Part shown: piece by piece, positions 12,961 to 26,170 of the stretch
How the letters are laid out: each line of letters begins with the position of its first letter
Numbering within the stretch: the first letter of the stretch is position 1
From: Octopus vulgaris
Lineage: Eukaryota
DNA length: 64,000 nt
Assembly (NCBI GenBank): GCA_951406725.2
Contig: OX597837.1
Span: forward strand, 19,964,001-20,028,000
Reading direction: 5' to 3'
Program-made: the position numbers and the translations under genes
Notes under the pieces: model-generated
What the model was told of the DNA's origin: nothing
Databases searched by the model: none
What the model saw: the letters and a program-made list of their open reading frames with translations, nothing else

Positions 12961-13340
12961 GACCACCAGAACAAACCAGCCACGTGATTCTCGTCGATGC
13001 CGAGAATTTCCGCGAGAACGCCGTCACTCTTGTCTGCCACTAATCAGCAAAAGAACATCATGATGGAACTTTCCCCAACCGTATTGCCCGTCTGACAAAG
13101 GGCTGTGAGTACCTGGCGACTTTCTAGGTGCCAGCTACCTTGCCTCGTTCTGCGCTTGATGAATGACTGCATCTAAAGTATTTACAAAAAATATAGTCCT
13201 GGTGTAGTTTGCGTGCTGATGAGGAAAACACTTACTGCATCCCACAGATCGATATCAAATGTACTTCCTCTTTTCTCATAATGTAATTGTTTTACAAGGT
13301 TTGGTGTTGGAGAAAGAATGCCATCAATATTCCCCTTTTT

Positions 13341-13383
<43 letters not shown>

Positions 13384-13387
13384 GCAT

Positions 13388-13440
<53 letters not shown>

Positions 13441-14042
13441 CCATCCTCGTCATAAGTGTTTTAAGGGTCATGAATTCAGTGAAAGATTACATCCAAAGAG
13501 ACTGACTTTTATTTATAAAAACATATCCAGTAATGGAGGCTGCCGATTGATTAAAATCATATGATCATAAATGCTTGTTACTTGGAAAAAATGAATAGGA
13601 TTTTCATCCTTAGCATGCAAAGCTCCATCAAAGCTACATTTCTGTAAATATTCCAGTGAAAGTGAGAAAAACTTGAAGAGCTTAGAAGAAATTTAACAAG
13701 ATCTTAAAACTCCATAATTTAAACTTTCCATTGTATATATCAGGCTACCTTAGGCTCTTGAGTATGCTACCACTACTTACTTTCATCACGTGATGTCAAT
13801 TGGTCGAGACGTTTCGAATCTCTGTGAGAAGCTCTTGGGTTATAGAGAGTAAATAAGAACACATAATCCCTGGGTCGTTGGGGTATAAGACTCCGTAAAA
13901 TCTGTCCGAAATTTAGAGAAATATTCTGATTTATCTTCATTAATACATAATCTCGTTTTCTTCCGGATGTATATTTTGTCGAGAAATTCTGTGTATATAA
14001 TATTTCATATGAAATATTTGTTAGTCCCTAGTATTAGTAAGA

Positions 14043-14260
14043 ACAAAGTAGCTTTTTGTATGCTTCCACTTTGTCCACTCCTGCAGTTCTAGAATGACCT
14101 GTGGTTTTCGAGTATCATTAAAATCCGGATGTCCATACAAGTTTTACCCCATCACAATTTGCTGCGAATCCAGTTCGAAGCTCACTACTTGCTCGTAACA
14201 AACGCAAGATTGACACCAAGACAAGAAGGATTACTATGTCTGGCCGTGGCTTTCATATTT
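14043..14260 (-). pseudogene. Highly decayed REL-endonuclease LINE (Dong/R4-like) C-terminus
   Basis: Minus strand encodes RPDIVI (14229-14246) and IQKATL (14043-14061) in the expected order and at about the expected spacing. Confidence 0.55.
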
Positions 14261-14581
14261 CATTTCCCTATATATTATATCATTGCTCTGTAGACATGGG
14301 TTTCACGTAACTACTCTACCGATCCTCCACACTTTCAGTTTTCAAGAGCTGACAGACAGTTGCATACGACCCAGACGCAATTGATGGAGTATATGTGCCC
14401 CCATCCATCGCCAAGTACTTCTTCCGATTCCTTCTTTTGAGGATATTTTATCTCTCATTGATTTTATTTCTAAGAAACGGTGGTGTACATTATATTTCCT
14501 TTTTCCTCGGAAAAAATAACTCGAGTAGAGAAGTACTCTTCTTTGCAGCATACCTTTTCCACCAGTTTTTCTTTACCTAAA

Positions 14582-14646
<65 letters not shown>

Positions 14647-14941
14647 TTTTAATATATATAAATAATATTTATTTCTCACAAGATGGAGTACTTATTTTCT
14701 TGAATTTTCTGTCACGGAACAGTACATTTACCGGTTTTTTCGCATAAACGCTGTGCATGGCATTTGAATTCAAAACTTGATTGTGTAGACAGAGGTGAAA
14801 ACATTTCTATTGCCGGTCAGGATTTATACTAACCCCAAGGTAAAATCTTGTTTTGACTTCTATTTATAGGATCATATATATATATATATATATATAAATA
14901 TATATATATTACAAAATTTGAAAATTTAAAATATTTTACAC

Positions 14942-14981
<40 letters not shown>

Positions 14982-15138
14982 CAAAATTTGAAAATTTAAA
15001 ATATTTTACACCACTATATTCCCTTATACACGTACGAACGGATACACACATGCACATATACATGCATATGAGGGAAAATGTCGGGAAACAAAACTTTAAG
15101 TCAAGCTAAAACAATCCATACATACATTTATCTATATA

Positions 15139-15295
15139 CCGGGTGGGCCAAAAGTCACGGACCATATAATTTGACCTTTTATTTCTAGTATGTTGCCATT
15201 ATTTTTATTATACATTTTGGTTAGAATGTAGAGGTACGTGTGTATTCATCATTATTTTAATTATTTTATCCAACTTTAAGAAATTGAAGCATATG
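15139..15295 (+). mobile_element. Possible solo end of a Tc1/mariner element
   Basis: TA-CCGGGTGGGCCAAAAGTCAC resembles a Tc1/mariner TIR start; no partner end was found. Confidence 0.35.
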
Positions 15296-15406
15296 TTCTT
15301 TTATGTTCTTTTACTTGTTTCAGTCATTTGACTGTGGCCGTGCTGGAGCATTCCGGTGTGTATTGAACGTATTTTGTGCGTGACTTTTGACGCACTCTGA
15401 ATATAT

Positions 15407-15493
<87 letters not shown>

Positions 15494-15713
15494 CACACAC
15501 ACACATATATATATATACACACACACATATTAGATTTACACGCGCGCACGCACGCTCACCACAGACAGTCTTTTTAATGTGTGTACTATAATTTGTCCGT
15601 AAGTTATGGCGTCCGGATTGCATTGAACTATCTGTCTAAAATCGAGAATATTCGATATACAATATCCAAGCTTATTAAACACTTTGGTCAATTTAAACAA
15701 AACTGAATTCTTC

Positions 15714-15757
<44 letters not shown>

Positions 15758-16224
15758 TGATCTCGTGTGTTTTTATGTTTGAATATCTATGAAGATAAGT
15801 TGCGTATTTTTTCGGTATAGTTTCAAAGCATCTGTAAATTTTGTGAACGCATTTCTGTCTATATATTGACATAATGAATGTTTAATATATATATATAATC
15901 ATAACTTTACTTGTACACACATACACACATGCATGCACATATTTACATATACATCTTTACAAAGGCACACACACATACCTGCACATTTATGTGTGTGAGT
16001 GTGTATAGATAGATATGAATATGTATGTGTGTGCGTATTATGTATGTATGTACTTATATGTATGTAAATATGTGTGTATATATATATGCATATATATATA
16101 TATATATATGCATATATATGTATATACACACATATATATGTATATGTTATATATATGTATGTATATATATGTGTATATATATGTATATGATATATATATA
16201 TATATGTATATATATATGTATATA

Positions 16225-16334
<110 letters not shown>

Positions 16335-17855
16335 TGGTTATAATACACACATACGCATATTCATAGACGTACAAATCATTATGTTATATATTTGTATTAA
16401 AATGCGTGCGGTGTATGCATATGTATTTATATATTCGTATTATAAAAGTGTTAGTTTTCTTTGTCCGTGTATGTGTGTATAATTGTTCTCGTGTGTTTCT
16501 GAGAGTGTACATAAGCTTGTATATGAGTATGTGTGCCATGCCTGCGTGAGAGTCTGTATCTTTACGTCGGTTCGCGTGTGTTACGTGAATGTGTGTGTGT
16601 GTACGTATACATATGTGTACGCATCCGTGTGTGTGTGTGTGTGTGTACGTGTGTGTATGTGTGTGCGTGTGTATGTTGATTTGAAAAATCTAATTATTAA
16701 AGCCCAACTTTCTTATTAAAAGGTTGGCTGAGGATGTTTGATATGAAGTTCCTATTGAGACGGCGGTTCAACGGTAGCGATGAATTTCTATTGTTAAGGT
16801 GCTGATTAAAATTCAACCCCGTCCACATTCCCATCTTTATTTTCAACACGGAAAAACATCACGTAGAAACAGCACCGTGTACAATAGCGAACACACGCAC
16901 TCTGCCTGTTTCAAACACGGAAGATGCGCCAGCCGTTTAAAACGTTACAACGGTTTGCTCAATGTATTACATACACAAGAACCGTCGGTGAAGATTTATT
17001 GTATGTTGATTCTGTTATTAATGCTGTTATTGTTGTTGTGCAGCAGTGGTAGTAGGGGTAGTAGTGGTAGCCGTTGTAGTAGTACTGATGAAGTAAGGCC
17101 TTTTTATTTTTGTGTTTATTATTTTATTCGTTATTTGCTTTTGGTTATTTTTCTTTGTTTTTAAATCATATTCATTTATTTTTGTTATGCTGCAGCAAGT
17201 CTTTGGAATTTATTCTGTGGGGCAAATATAGAGTCTTTAGAGTAGGACTGCCCGCGCATGTGTGTATGTATGTGTGTGTGTATGTATGTGTGTATGTATG
17301 TATGTTTGTATGTATGTATGTATGTATGTATGCATGCATGCATGTATGTATGTATGTATGTATGTATGTATGTATGTATGTATGTATGCATGCATGCATG
17401 TATGTATGTATGTATGTATGTATGTATGTATGTATGTATGTATGTATGCATGCATGTATGTATGCATGCATGCATGTATGTATGTATGTTTGTATGTATG
17501 TATGCATGATGTCTGCCAGTTTGTCTGTCTGTCCATATGTATATATGTATGCGTGTATGTATGTATGTATGAGTGTATGTATGGTGCCTGCCTGTCAGTT
17601 TGTCTGTGTGTATGTATGAATGATGTATGTCTGTCAGTTTGTCTGTCTGTATGTATGTATATATGTACGTATGTATGTGTGTGTATGTATGTATGCATGA
17701 ATACATGCATGCATGTATATATGCATGAAAGTATGTATATACGAACGGATAAATTTGTGTATCACCATATGGACGCATGTATGTACGTACGTGTGTATTT
17801 ATGTGAACACGTTCATACAGTTGTATTTGTCCTTCTACATGCATATGTATGTGTG

Positions 17856-17891
<36 letters not shown>

Positions 17892-18000
17892 CAAAGGTGT
17901 GTATATATATATATAGATAGATAGATAGATAGCTATTTATATATGTATATGTATTGATGTATTATGTATATGTGTATGTATGTACATTTGAATGTATGCA

Positions 18001-18064
<64 letters not shown>

Positions 18065-18707
18065 TGTATGCATGCGTGTGTGTATATAAAAGTGGGTTTG
18101 TGTATGTTTGGAGATAGAAATAAGAGTATAAGTAGTCAACGCATGAGGTAGATGTAATCTATTCGGTAAAAACTCATGATTCACTCCGTCATTAGTCAGA
18201 GCTTACCACTGCATTTTATAATTCAGGTGACAAAATAATGAATGAGCAGTTCTTAGTGCGTACCAGAATAGTTCCTTAGAACAGTTATTAGATAGGTCGT
18301 CAAGTCATTGAGCAACTTTCCTGATTCATTGAATTATTTAAGGTGGGTTGAACCAAATAATATTAACTTACATGGTTTAGGTATTTAATAAGGAATATCC
18401 CTTGCATATTAATTTTCCACAGAAGACATATTTCCATAGTGTATCCGTATGACGGGGACTGGAGTGATAGAAAATTTATCCACTTAGAGACTAGTCGTAA
18501 AATCTGCTTAGGTTCTTAACGAGCTTGTTTAGGATGGCTGGAGAATGGTTGAAGTTTTAAATTTACCTCTAATATCGGTAGTTAATAACCTTTAGGTCTG
18601 AGATAAGGATAATTTTTAAATTCTTGTCTTCAACTTATACATACTGTGTTCACTGAAAATAACTAAAATATCCTCTTTTTACAAGCAAGAGCTCGTCCGG
18701 GTTCACT

Positions 18708-18744
<37 letters not shown>

Positions 18745-18749
<5 letters not shown>

Positions 18750-18900
18750 TAATCCAAACGGGAAAACAGAAAAAACAACAACACGTGGAACAATTAAAGT
18801 ATTATTATTATTAGGCGCTCAGGAAAAAGGGAAGAAGGAGGGTATGACGTTTCGAGCGGAGCTCTTCGTCGGAAACATAAGAGAAGGAAGAAAGAAGAAA
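18745..18900 (-). mobile_element. Hammerhead-bearing element related to H1 (CCGACGAA core)
   Basis: Minus strand 18843-18877: GTTT-CCGACGA-A-GAGC-TCC-GCTC-GAA-ACGT-C-ATAC. Downstream TTCCTGAGCG is as in H1; the 3' end abuts (TA)n. Confidence 0.75.
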
Positions 18901-19755
18901 GAAAGATCCCGATGTGGGCGAACGGAGGGAAAAAAACGCGACTGGTTTTTACGAAGTAAACATGCTGAAATGCAGGAAGTTTTGGATAACAGTGGCTGGT
19001 TTTTAAAGACAAAAGAGCGGAGACAGGAAGGTTGGTAACAACTCGATGAAACGGAAGAATGATGTGTATGTATGTGTGAGTGTGTACGTGTGCGTGTGTG
19101 TATGTGTGTGTGAGGCGAGATAAAAAAATATATATGTATATACATATATAAGGGTTGCGGCAAACATATTTACATATCCATTTTATCATAAAATGGTTTG
19201 GGGTTTTCGTTAATGAAGCTTTACAGCTTGACTGTTGTATGTATTGATAATATTTTGTAGGTATTTTACATTCAAAATGCCCACTTTCTGCTTTCACCAT
19301 GGCCTTTAATCTTCAGTCAACTGTTCATTCATGACCTCAAAATTCTTTATACCAGCCATTTGTAATGCTACAATTTGTTCACGTTTATTCGAGCCGCCAT
19401 ATATAAAGAAAAAGAGTAGATAATCCTTTCTACTCTAGGTGCAAAGGGGATGGACTGAAATTTGGTGGAAGGAGCAAATCGTTTACTTCGACCCCACTAG
19501 GACTTATTTTATCGACCCTCGAAAGGACCAAAACAAAGTCGCTCTCGAAGGAATTTGAACTCAGAACGTGAAGACGGACGAAATGCTGTTAAGTACTTTG
19601 TCCGGCGTGCTGACGATTCTGCCAACTCGCCGGCTTAAGAGTAAATAATAGAATAAGAAGGTTAGGAATCATTATGCAATATTTGCAACTATTTTTGCAA
19701 ATAAGAATGTTTCAGTTTATACTTGAATAATAGTTAGATGCCACCCTTGGAATGT

Positions 19756-19793
<38 letters not shown>

Positions 19794-20004
19794 ACTGCTT
19801 GGCACTCGATGCTGGTTGTCCCGTAACGTAACGGTTCGGCGTAAGAAACTGACACAATATGTACAAGGCGAAGCTGAAAAAAAAAGAAACATTAAGTACT
19901 GGGGTCTATGCATTCGACGAAGCCCTTCAAGGCGGTGTTCAAGTATGGCCACACTCCAAGCATTAAAAATAGTAAAGACTAAAAGGTAGAAGATTCTTTT
20001 AGAC

Positions 20005-20352
20005 TCCGGCCATGCTGGGGCACTACCTTGAAGAATTTGTAGTCGAACAAATCGCCCTCAGTACTTATTTTTTAAAGCCTGCTACGTGTTCTATCAGTTG
20101 CATTTGCTGAACTGCTAGCTTACGTGGATATAAACAAACCAACACCGGTTGTCAAGTGGTGGTAGGATTCAAACACAGACACAAAGACACACACACGACC
20201 GGCTCTTTTCAGCTTCAGTCTAGCAAATCCACTCACAAGGCTTTGGTTGGTCCGAGGCTATAATAGAAGACACCTGCCCTAGGTACCATGCAGTGAGACT
20301 GAACCCGGGACCATGTGGTTGGGAAACAAGATCCTTACCACACAGCCACGCA
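20005..20352 (-). mobile_element. Family-1 SINE
   Basis: Near full-length reverse-complement copy. A plus-strand tail at about 19790-19985 and a minus-strand family-2 copy at about 19440-19635 lie just upstream. Confidence 0.85.
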
Positions 20353-20627
20353 TACCCCCGATATAGATATAGACATGCTCTAAAGTAGAGCTGTCGTTGT
20401 AATTCGAGCGAGTCCGTCCACCAACATCTGCTGCGGCCACTAACAGTACCTGCTGGCATTGAAAACCAGACGAGATTGAGGACATTTAATACAGTAAGCA
20501 CACTTGGTTTCATAAGCGGTCCCCTTCTCCTTCATATAAGAAAAGTTCACAGAATGGTATTCTACTAGGGCGAAATATGGAATTGGAATATCTGCAAGAT
20601 CAAATATATGAATTGCGACTGACTTAC

Positions 20628-20672
20628 CTGTGTATCGTAGTACAAGTCTGATTGATTATGGCTTGCTAAGGG
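20628..20672 (-). CDS. Candidate 45-nt phase-0 internal microexon (PLASHNQSDLYYDTQ) of an unidentified gene
   Basis: Minus strand: branch-like CTTAAC, then TTGGTTCTTGTTTTTATTGTTTAG | 45 nt | GTAAGT with an exonic CAG. Only frame 0 is open, and the sequence is unique. Confidence 0.5.
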
Positions 20673-21106
20673 CTAAACAATAAAAACAAGAACCAATGTT
20701 AAGAAATGTACGGAAAGATGCCAAAGATATCAAGAAAGAAACTAAGGAACTTTAATCAGAAAGGTTGGTTCCTCCTTCAATAGATCTGCCTCCACCAGTG
20801 TATATCAAACGTATACATTGCAGTCTTTATCTCTTCACTCCTTCGTTACGTTTCGTCTACCAGATATAAATTTCTATTATCCTCATATGAGATGTTACGT
20901 GTGTGTTTCTTCTCTATTAGCTCATTGATATTTCTTTTCATCTACAAGAAAATCCTTTTGTATAAATCCCACGGCAATACATACATACATACATACATAC
21001 ATACATACATACATACATACATACATACATACATACATACATACATACATACAATTACACACACATGAATATATACATACATACATACATACATATACAT
21101 ATAGAC

Positions 21107-21194
<88 letters not shown>

Positions 21195-22799
21195 CTGTTG
21201 CTTCTTTCAAGTTTCTTTCGTTCCGGCAATATTCTCACGAACCTTCACTAATCTTTGACATCCACTATAATTACGCAATGTATTCCTGTATTCAACAGGA
21301 TACAGCTAAAATACTCGCTTCTGGCACACAATCATGTTCTCGTGCTTAACTCTTGTTATTCTTGTTGTTGTAAATGTCTTGGCCGTGAATAGAATTTATT
21401 AAACTACGGCTCAGTGTGGCGCCTATTTCCAGCCATGTGGATTGGTTCTTGACAGTTAAGTATCTTGGCTAATGATGTAGAACTATAATGATAGCAGAGT
21501 ATTTCAGAGTTGCTCCTTTGTCTCTGTAGCCATTGTAAATATAGGAAAGCGGCCAAAAGGTGCGGGAAGGAGATATAGCAGTGAGGAAACATGAAAATTT
21601 CTAGACAAACTGAAAATTTTAACCTAAAAATACGAACGTCAGACCGTGTCAAAAGGTTGAATAACAGTTATACAGCAGACCTGTATATCTGAAAGTCTAT
21701 CAAACACAAAAGAAAATGAAAAAAAGAAATCAAAAAGAAAAGAGAAATTAAAGAAAACTTCTGAGGCCTGCGAAATTTTGCTATAATAATTTTCAACGAG
21801 TTTCAGTCGAATTGTATTGGTGACCGTTCGTAGCGGTATGACGAAAATGTTGATCTCTTGAGAATTAAATGGGAAGTCAGTTTAAGGATGGCTCTTCTAA
21901 GACACACTTCAGTCAGTGGTTGATCGTTTACAATCCTATAATCAACGTGATTTTGTCATTTGAACAAAAATAAGCAGGGAGAAACAATTCAAAATGGCCT
22001 GTGACATATATTTGAATAACATAGACAAATATAAGTATATCAAATAACATACAACAAATATTCTTGATTTCTTAGAATTATCTCCTCCTCTAGAAAATTA
22101 CCATAGTTACCAAAAAGCAATTAAGACCAACTCCATTTAAGAAGAGAGAGACAAAATCAAGATTCAAGATTCTCCAAAACTGATATGGCATGATGAGAAA
22201 GGAAGGAGTTATTGTCTAGAAATAAAAAAAAAGAGAGAGTTGCGGACATTAGCATAACAATTGACCTGTTTGATTTCTTGTAGCCAAAGGATTCAGAAAT
22301 ATACAAAAAAAAATAGGAGAGTAGAAAACTCTTATGGCCTAGAAATAATCTAATTTGAATATTCTAAACAAAGATGAGCTAAGAAAAATAACTTGTAACC
22401 AGCAGCCTGTTTGAATAGCACAGAGAAATACAGGTGTATTAAATTCCATACAACATTAATTATTGAAAGATATATACTTTCTTAGTTGCACGTTTAAAAA
22501 GACCATTGGATGTTGTTATACACCGCTAGTCACAATGCATTGTTGTAGCTTTCGAAGGATGCCACCCCACGGTCTACGCTCACCAGATCAACATTCCCTT
22601 TACACGAACGCCGGTCTGTCACAGGATCATCCAATTACATTTGAGTGGACTGGAGCAAAGGAAAATAAAGTCTTTTACCCAAGAATACAACACCCTGCCG
22701 GTCTGGGTATCAAAACTAAGATCTTGAGAGCAACACCCTAACCACTCGGCCATACACCTTCATAGCCTCTTCTTTCAACCATTTTTTTCTAATCAGTCG

Positions 22800-22983
22800 C
22801 CATGCTTGACCGCTAAATCCACAAGTTATTTTTTATTCCCTCTGTCTATTTTCTCTTATTCCTTTCAGTTGAAGAGCGTAGGCTGGAAACGTAAAAGACA
22901 TTTTCACTTTCCCGAGCGTCAAACTAATACATCCGCTTGTTGTTCATACACCAGTCTTCGTCTTTTCTTTTTCTATAAATTTC

Positions 22984-22988
<5 letters not shown>
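22800..22988 (+). mobile_element. H1 hammerhead-bearing element
   Basis: 22861-22899: CTTT-CAGTTGAA-GAGC-GTAG-GCTG-GAA-ACGT-A-AAAG; ends TAAATTTCAAC-(TA)n. Confidence 0.75.
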
Positions 22989-23020
<32 letters not shown>

Positions 23021-23194
23021 GGAGTTTTTCCAGTTTCCGTTTGCCAAATCCACACACGATGCTTTGGTCGGTCCGAAACTATAGTAGAAGACACTTGATC
23101 AAGATGCCATGCAATGGGACTGAACCTTGAACCATGAGGTTGGGAAGCAAGCTTCTTACAACACAGCTACGCCTGCGCCTTTATATATAAATAT

Positions 23195-23340
23195 TATTTT
23201 TTTCTGTGTCCCTTTCTGTAGAAGAACGTAGGCTCGAAACGTAAAAGACTTTTTCTATTCCTGAGCGTTATACTAATGCATCTGTTTGTTTTGTACACCA
23301 CCTGTCTTCGTCTTTTGTTTTTTTCGTAAACTTTCCCTAT
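23195..23340 (+). mobile_element. H1 hammerhead-bearing element
   Basis: 23211-23249: CTTT-CTGTAGAA-GAAC-GTAG-GCTC-GAA-ACGT-A-AAAG; ends CGTAAACTTTCCC-(TA)n. Confidence 0.75.
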
Positions 23341-23474
23341 ATATATATAATATAATATAATATATATAATAATGTTATTGTCTAAAAATATATATATAAT
23401 ATATATAATATATATAATAGAAATATTAAAATTACTAAGTCTCTTTAAAGGAGATTACGGCAGCGTTACTGGAA

Positions 23475-23678
23475 ATTAATAGTTATCGCCATACTAATAT
23501 GGCAGTCTTATAAATATAAATATAAGACTAAAGCTGTCGCTGGTTAGCTCCATTTTAATGGACGCAGGTTCGTGTTTCAAATAGCTAGCTTGAGGCGGTG
23601 GCCTCATGGAGCTAACCAGCGACAGCTTTAGTCTTATATTTATAAGACTGCCATATTAGTATGGCGATAACTATTAAT
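23475..23678. repeat. Near-perfect fold-back (arms about 73 bp, 52-nt loop)
   Basis: 23475-23553 is the reverse complement of 23606-23678 apart from a 6-bp duplication in the left arm; the right end abuts (TA)n. Confidence 0.95.
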
Positions 23679-24299
23679 ATATATATATATATATGTATAT
23701 ATAAATATGTATATAAATATGTATTATGTATGCATGTATGTATATGTGTGTGTGCGTGTGTGTGTATTTATAGGTGCAGGACTACGTGTGTGTCTGCTCG
23801 TATCTGTGTGTCTGTGTGTGTGTACGTGTGTGTGTGTGTGTACACATACGCACACATCCACTGACATGTTACGCACGGTGCACATGTACAGGAAATGTTG
23901 ATTTGATGGAGGGAGGAAACTTATGTATAGCTCATACATTTCATCACTACGACCAAACCATCTGTCCGGCTTGTTCAGTAAGACATTACCAAACATTCTT
24001 TTTCGATCTCGAGAGACAACCATTAATACTACACGACAAGTACCCGCTCAGTTTCCGTTCACTAAGTTTCCAGTTGCAAGCTATTGGTAAACCAGAAGCT
24101 ATGTTTGGCAGAGGAAAGTTTCGACGAAGCGAGAAGAAACACAGAACCACGTATGAAAGTAAATTTAGCTACCCATTCATCGCTGTGACCCAGTCTTTGT
24201 TCTTGCAGAAAGGGCCAATCAGTGTTGTCCCGTCTCAGATTGAAAGTGTTAGAACATCTGAATTCAAGTATGTCTGCGTCTTCTTAACGTTTTATCATA

Positions 24300-24650
24300 A
24301 GCGTAAGAGTGGCTGTGTGGTAAGTAGCTTGCTTACGAACCTTATGGTTCCGGGTTCAGTCCCACTGTGTGGAACCTTGGGCAAGTGTCTTCTACTATAG
24401 CCTTCTCAGTGGATTTGGTAGACGGAAACTGAAAGAAGCCCGTCGTACATATATATATATATGTGTGTGTGTGTGTCCAACATCGCTTGACAACCGATGC
24501 TGGTGTGCTTACGTCCCCGTAACTTAGTGGTTCGGCACAAGAAACCGATAGAATAAGTACTAGGCTTACAAAGAATATGTCGATTTGCTCGACTAAAGGC
24601 GGTGCTCCAGCATGACCGCAGACAAATGACTGAAACAAGTAAAAAAAGAG
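24300..24650 (+). mobile_element. Family-1 SINE with small internal deletions
   Basis: GAGTGGCTGTGTGGTAAG...GGTTCAGTCCC...CCTTGGGCAAG...GACTGAAACAAGTAAAA. Confidence 0.9.
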
Positions 24651-25065
24651 TGGGCTCCATAAAACAACAACTGATCTTAAAATGAAACCGATTCAATTGA
24701 TTTGTAGTAAATTATTTTCCACAAATTAAGATATGTGTGTGTGTGTGTGATATTTAATATCAAATATTCTTCTTTGCCTAACACATTTGCATTTCAAGGT
24801 AGATAACTGATGCTTCACCTTAAATTATTAAAGCATCTACTTGATCTTTAGGTGACTGGTGTCCCTCAGGAATAAGTCTCAGTGCTTTGTTTAACTTTTG
24901 ACAGGCTAGTCCACGGGCAAATGTTTGCTTCAATATAGCATGGACAGGGATAAATAAGATAATTTAGTATTGTTATAACAATACTTGTAAGAAAAGAGTG
25001 TATGTCGCCCGAAGAACAATGCTAGACTTGGTCAAATTCGGCATAGGCTTTGTGGACCAACGCTG

Positions 25066-25505
25066 GTTTTAAATTTTGGCACATTGCCAGAAATTTCGTG
25101 AGAGGGGTTAAGTCGATACTTCGACCCCTAATGTTCAACTGGTATTTATTTTATCGCTTTTAAAAGAATGAGAGGCAATGTCGACCGTAGCGGAATTTCA
25201 GCTGAGGACGTAAAAACGGACAAAATATCGCCAAGCATTTCGCCCGGCGTGCTAACGATTCTGCCAACTCACCGCCTTCGCTGACTTCAATACTGGTTTA
25301 AAATTTTGGCAGAAGACCAACAATTTGGGGGGATGGGGTAAGTTGATTACATCAATCCCCAGTGTTCAACTGGTACTTATTTTATCAACCCCGAAACAAT
25401 GAAAAACAATGTCGACCTCGTGGAATGTGAATTCAGAACGTAAAAACAGACGAAATACCGCTAAGAAGTTTGCCCGGCGGGCTAACGATTCTACCAACTC
25501 GTCGT
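25066..25505 (-). mobile_element. Two tandem family-2 SINEs (tail type AAATTTTGGCAC)
   Basis: Two units, each with CCCGGCGxGCTAACGATTCTxCCAACTC and GGTACTTATTTTATC. Confidence 0.8.
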
Positions 25506-26013
25506 GTTTAGCTAACATCAATGTTGCCTTGGATCGAATAACATTTTTGTTTTCAAATTCAAATTAAAAACAAAAATGTGATTTTTATGAACTGGAATCA
25601 GTGCTAATGAACTTGTTAGGTTAAATCTTGCTGGGGTTAAGAGACTCATTCTTTAACGATAAGAAGTTTCGTTTTGTTTATTTTATTTGAAAATTTAAAT
25701 GTGAGATGATTTGATATATCGAAGAAGGTGACAATAAATGTAGAAAATGCATTAGAAATAGAATTAGAAATTCGAAAGGAAATCGAAATTTAATGAAAAA
25801 AAAATTTTTTTTTTTAACTTAAATTTAAATTCGTATCGAAAAATAATTGAATTTTTCTATTTGTTTCATTTATTATTTCTTCAAAAACTTTTTTTTTAAA
25901 TAGCAAAAACGAACATATTGTATTTTTACCCATTTATAAAATTTCAACTTCCTCACAAAAGTATGATGTAAGAATTACTGACAAATCAAATATTGAATCA
26001 AAATTGGTCTTCG

Positions 26014-26170
<157 letters not shown>

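Noticed and set aside
13259-13564. Poly-His/poly-Gln ORF
   Set aside because: A (CAT)n(CAG)n microsatellite with no flanking domain or convincing splice context.
13805-13840. Minus-strand GAAACGTC with a hairpin, as a hammerhead
   Set aside because: The core reads CCCAAGA and there is no helix I; at most an unrecognisable relic.
14909-15016. 38-bp unit duplicated around (TA)n
   Set aside because: Simple slippage-type tandem duplication; two copies only, not a CRISPR or functional array.
20843-20892. Minus-strand CATATGA...GAAACGTA as a hammerhead
   Set aside because: The core is wrong, helix II is not adjacent to GAA and there is no helix I.
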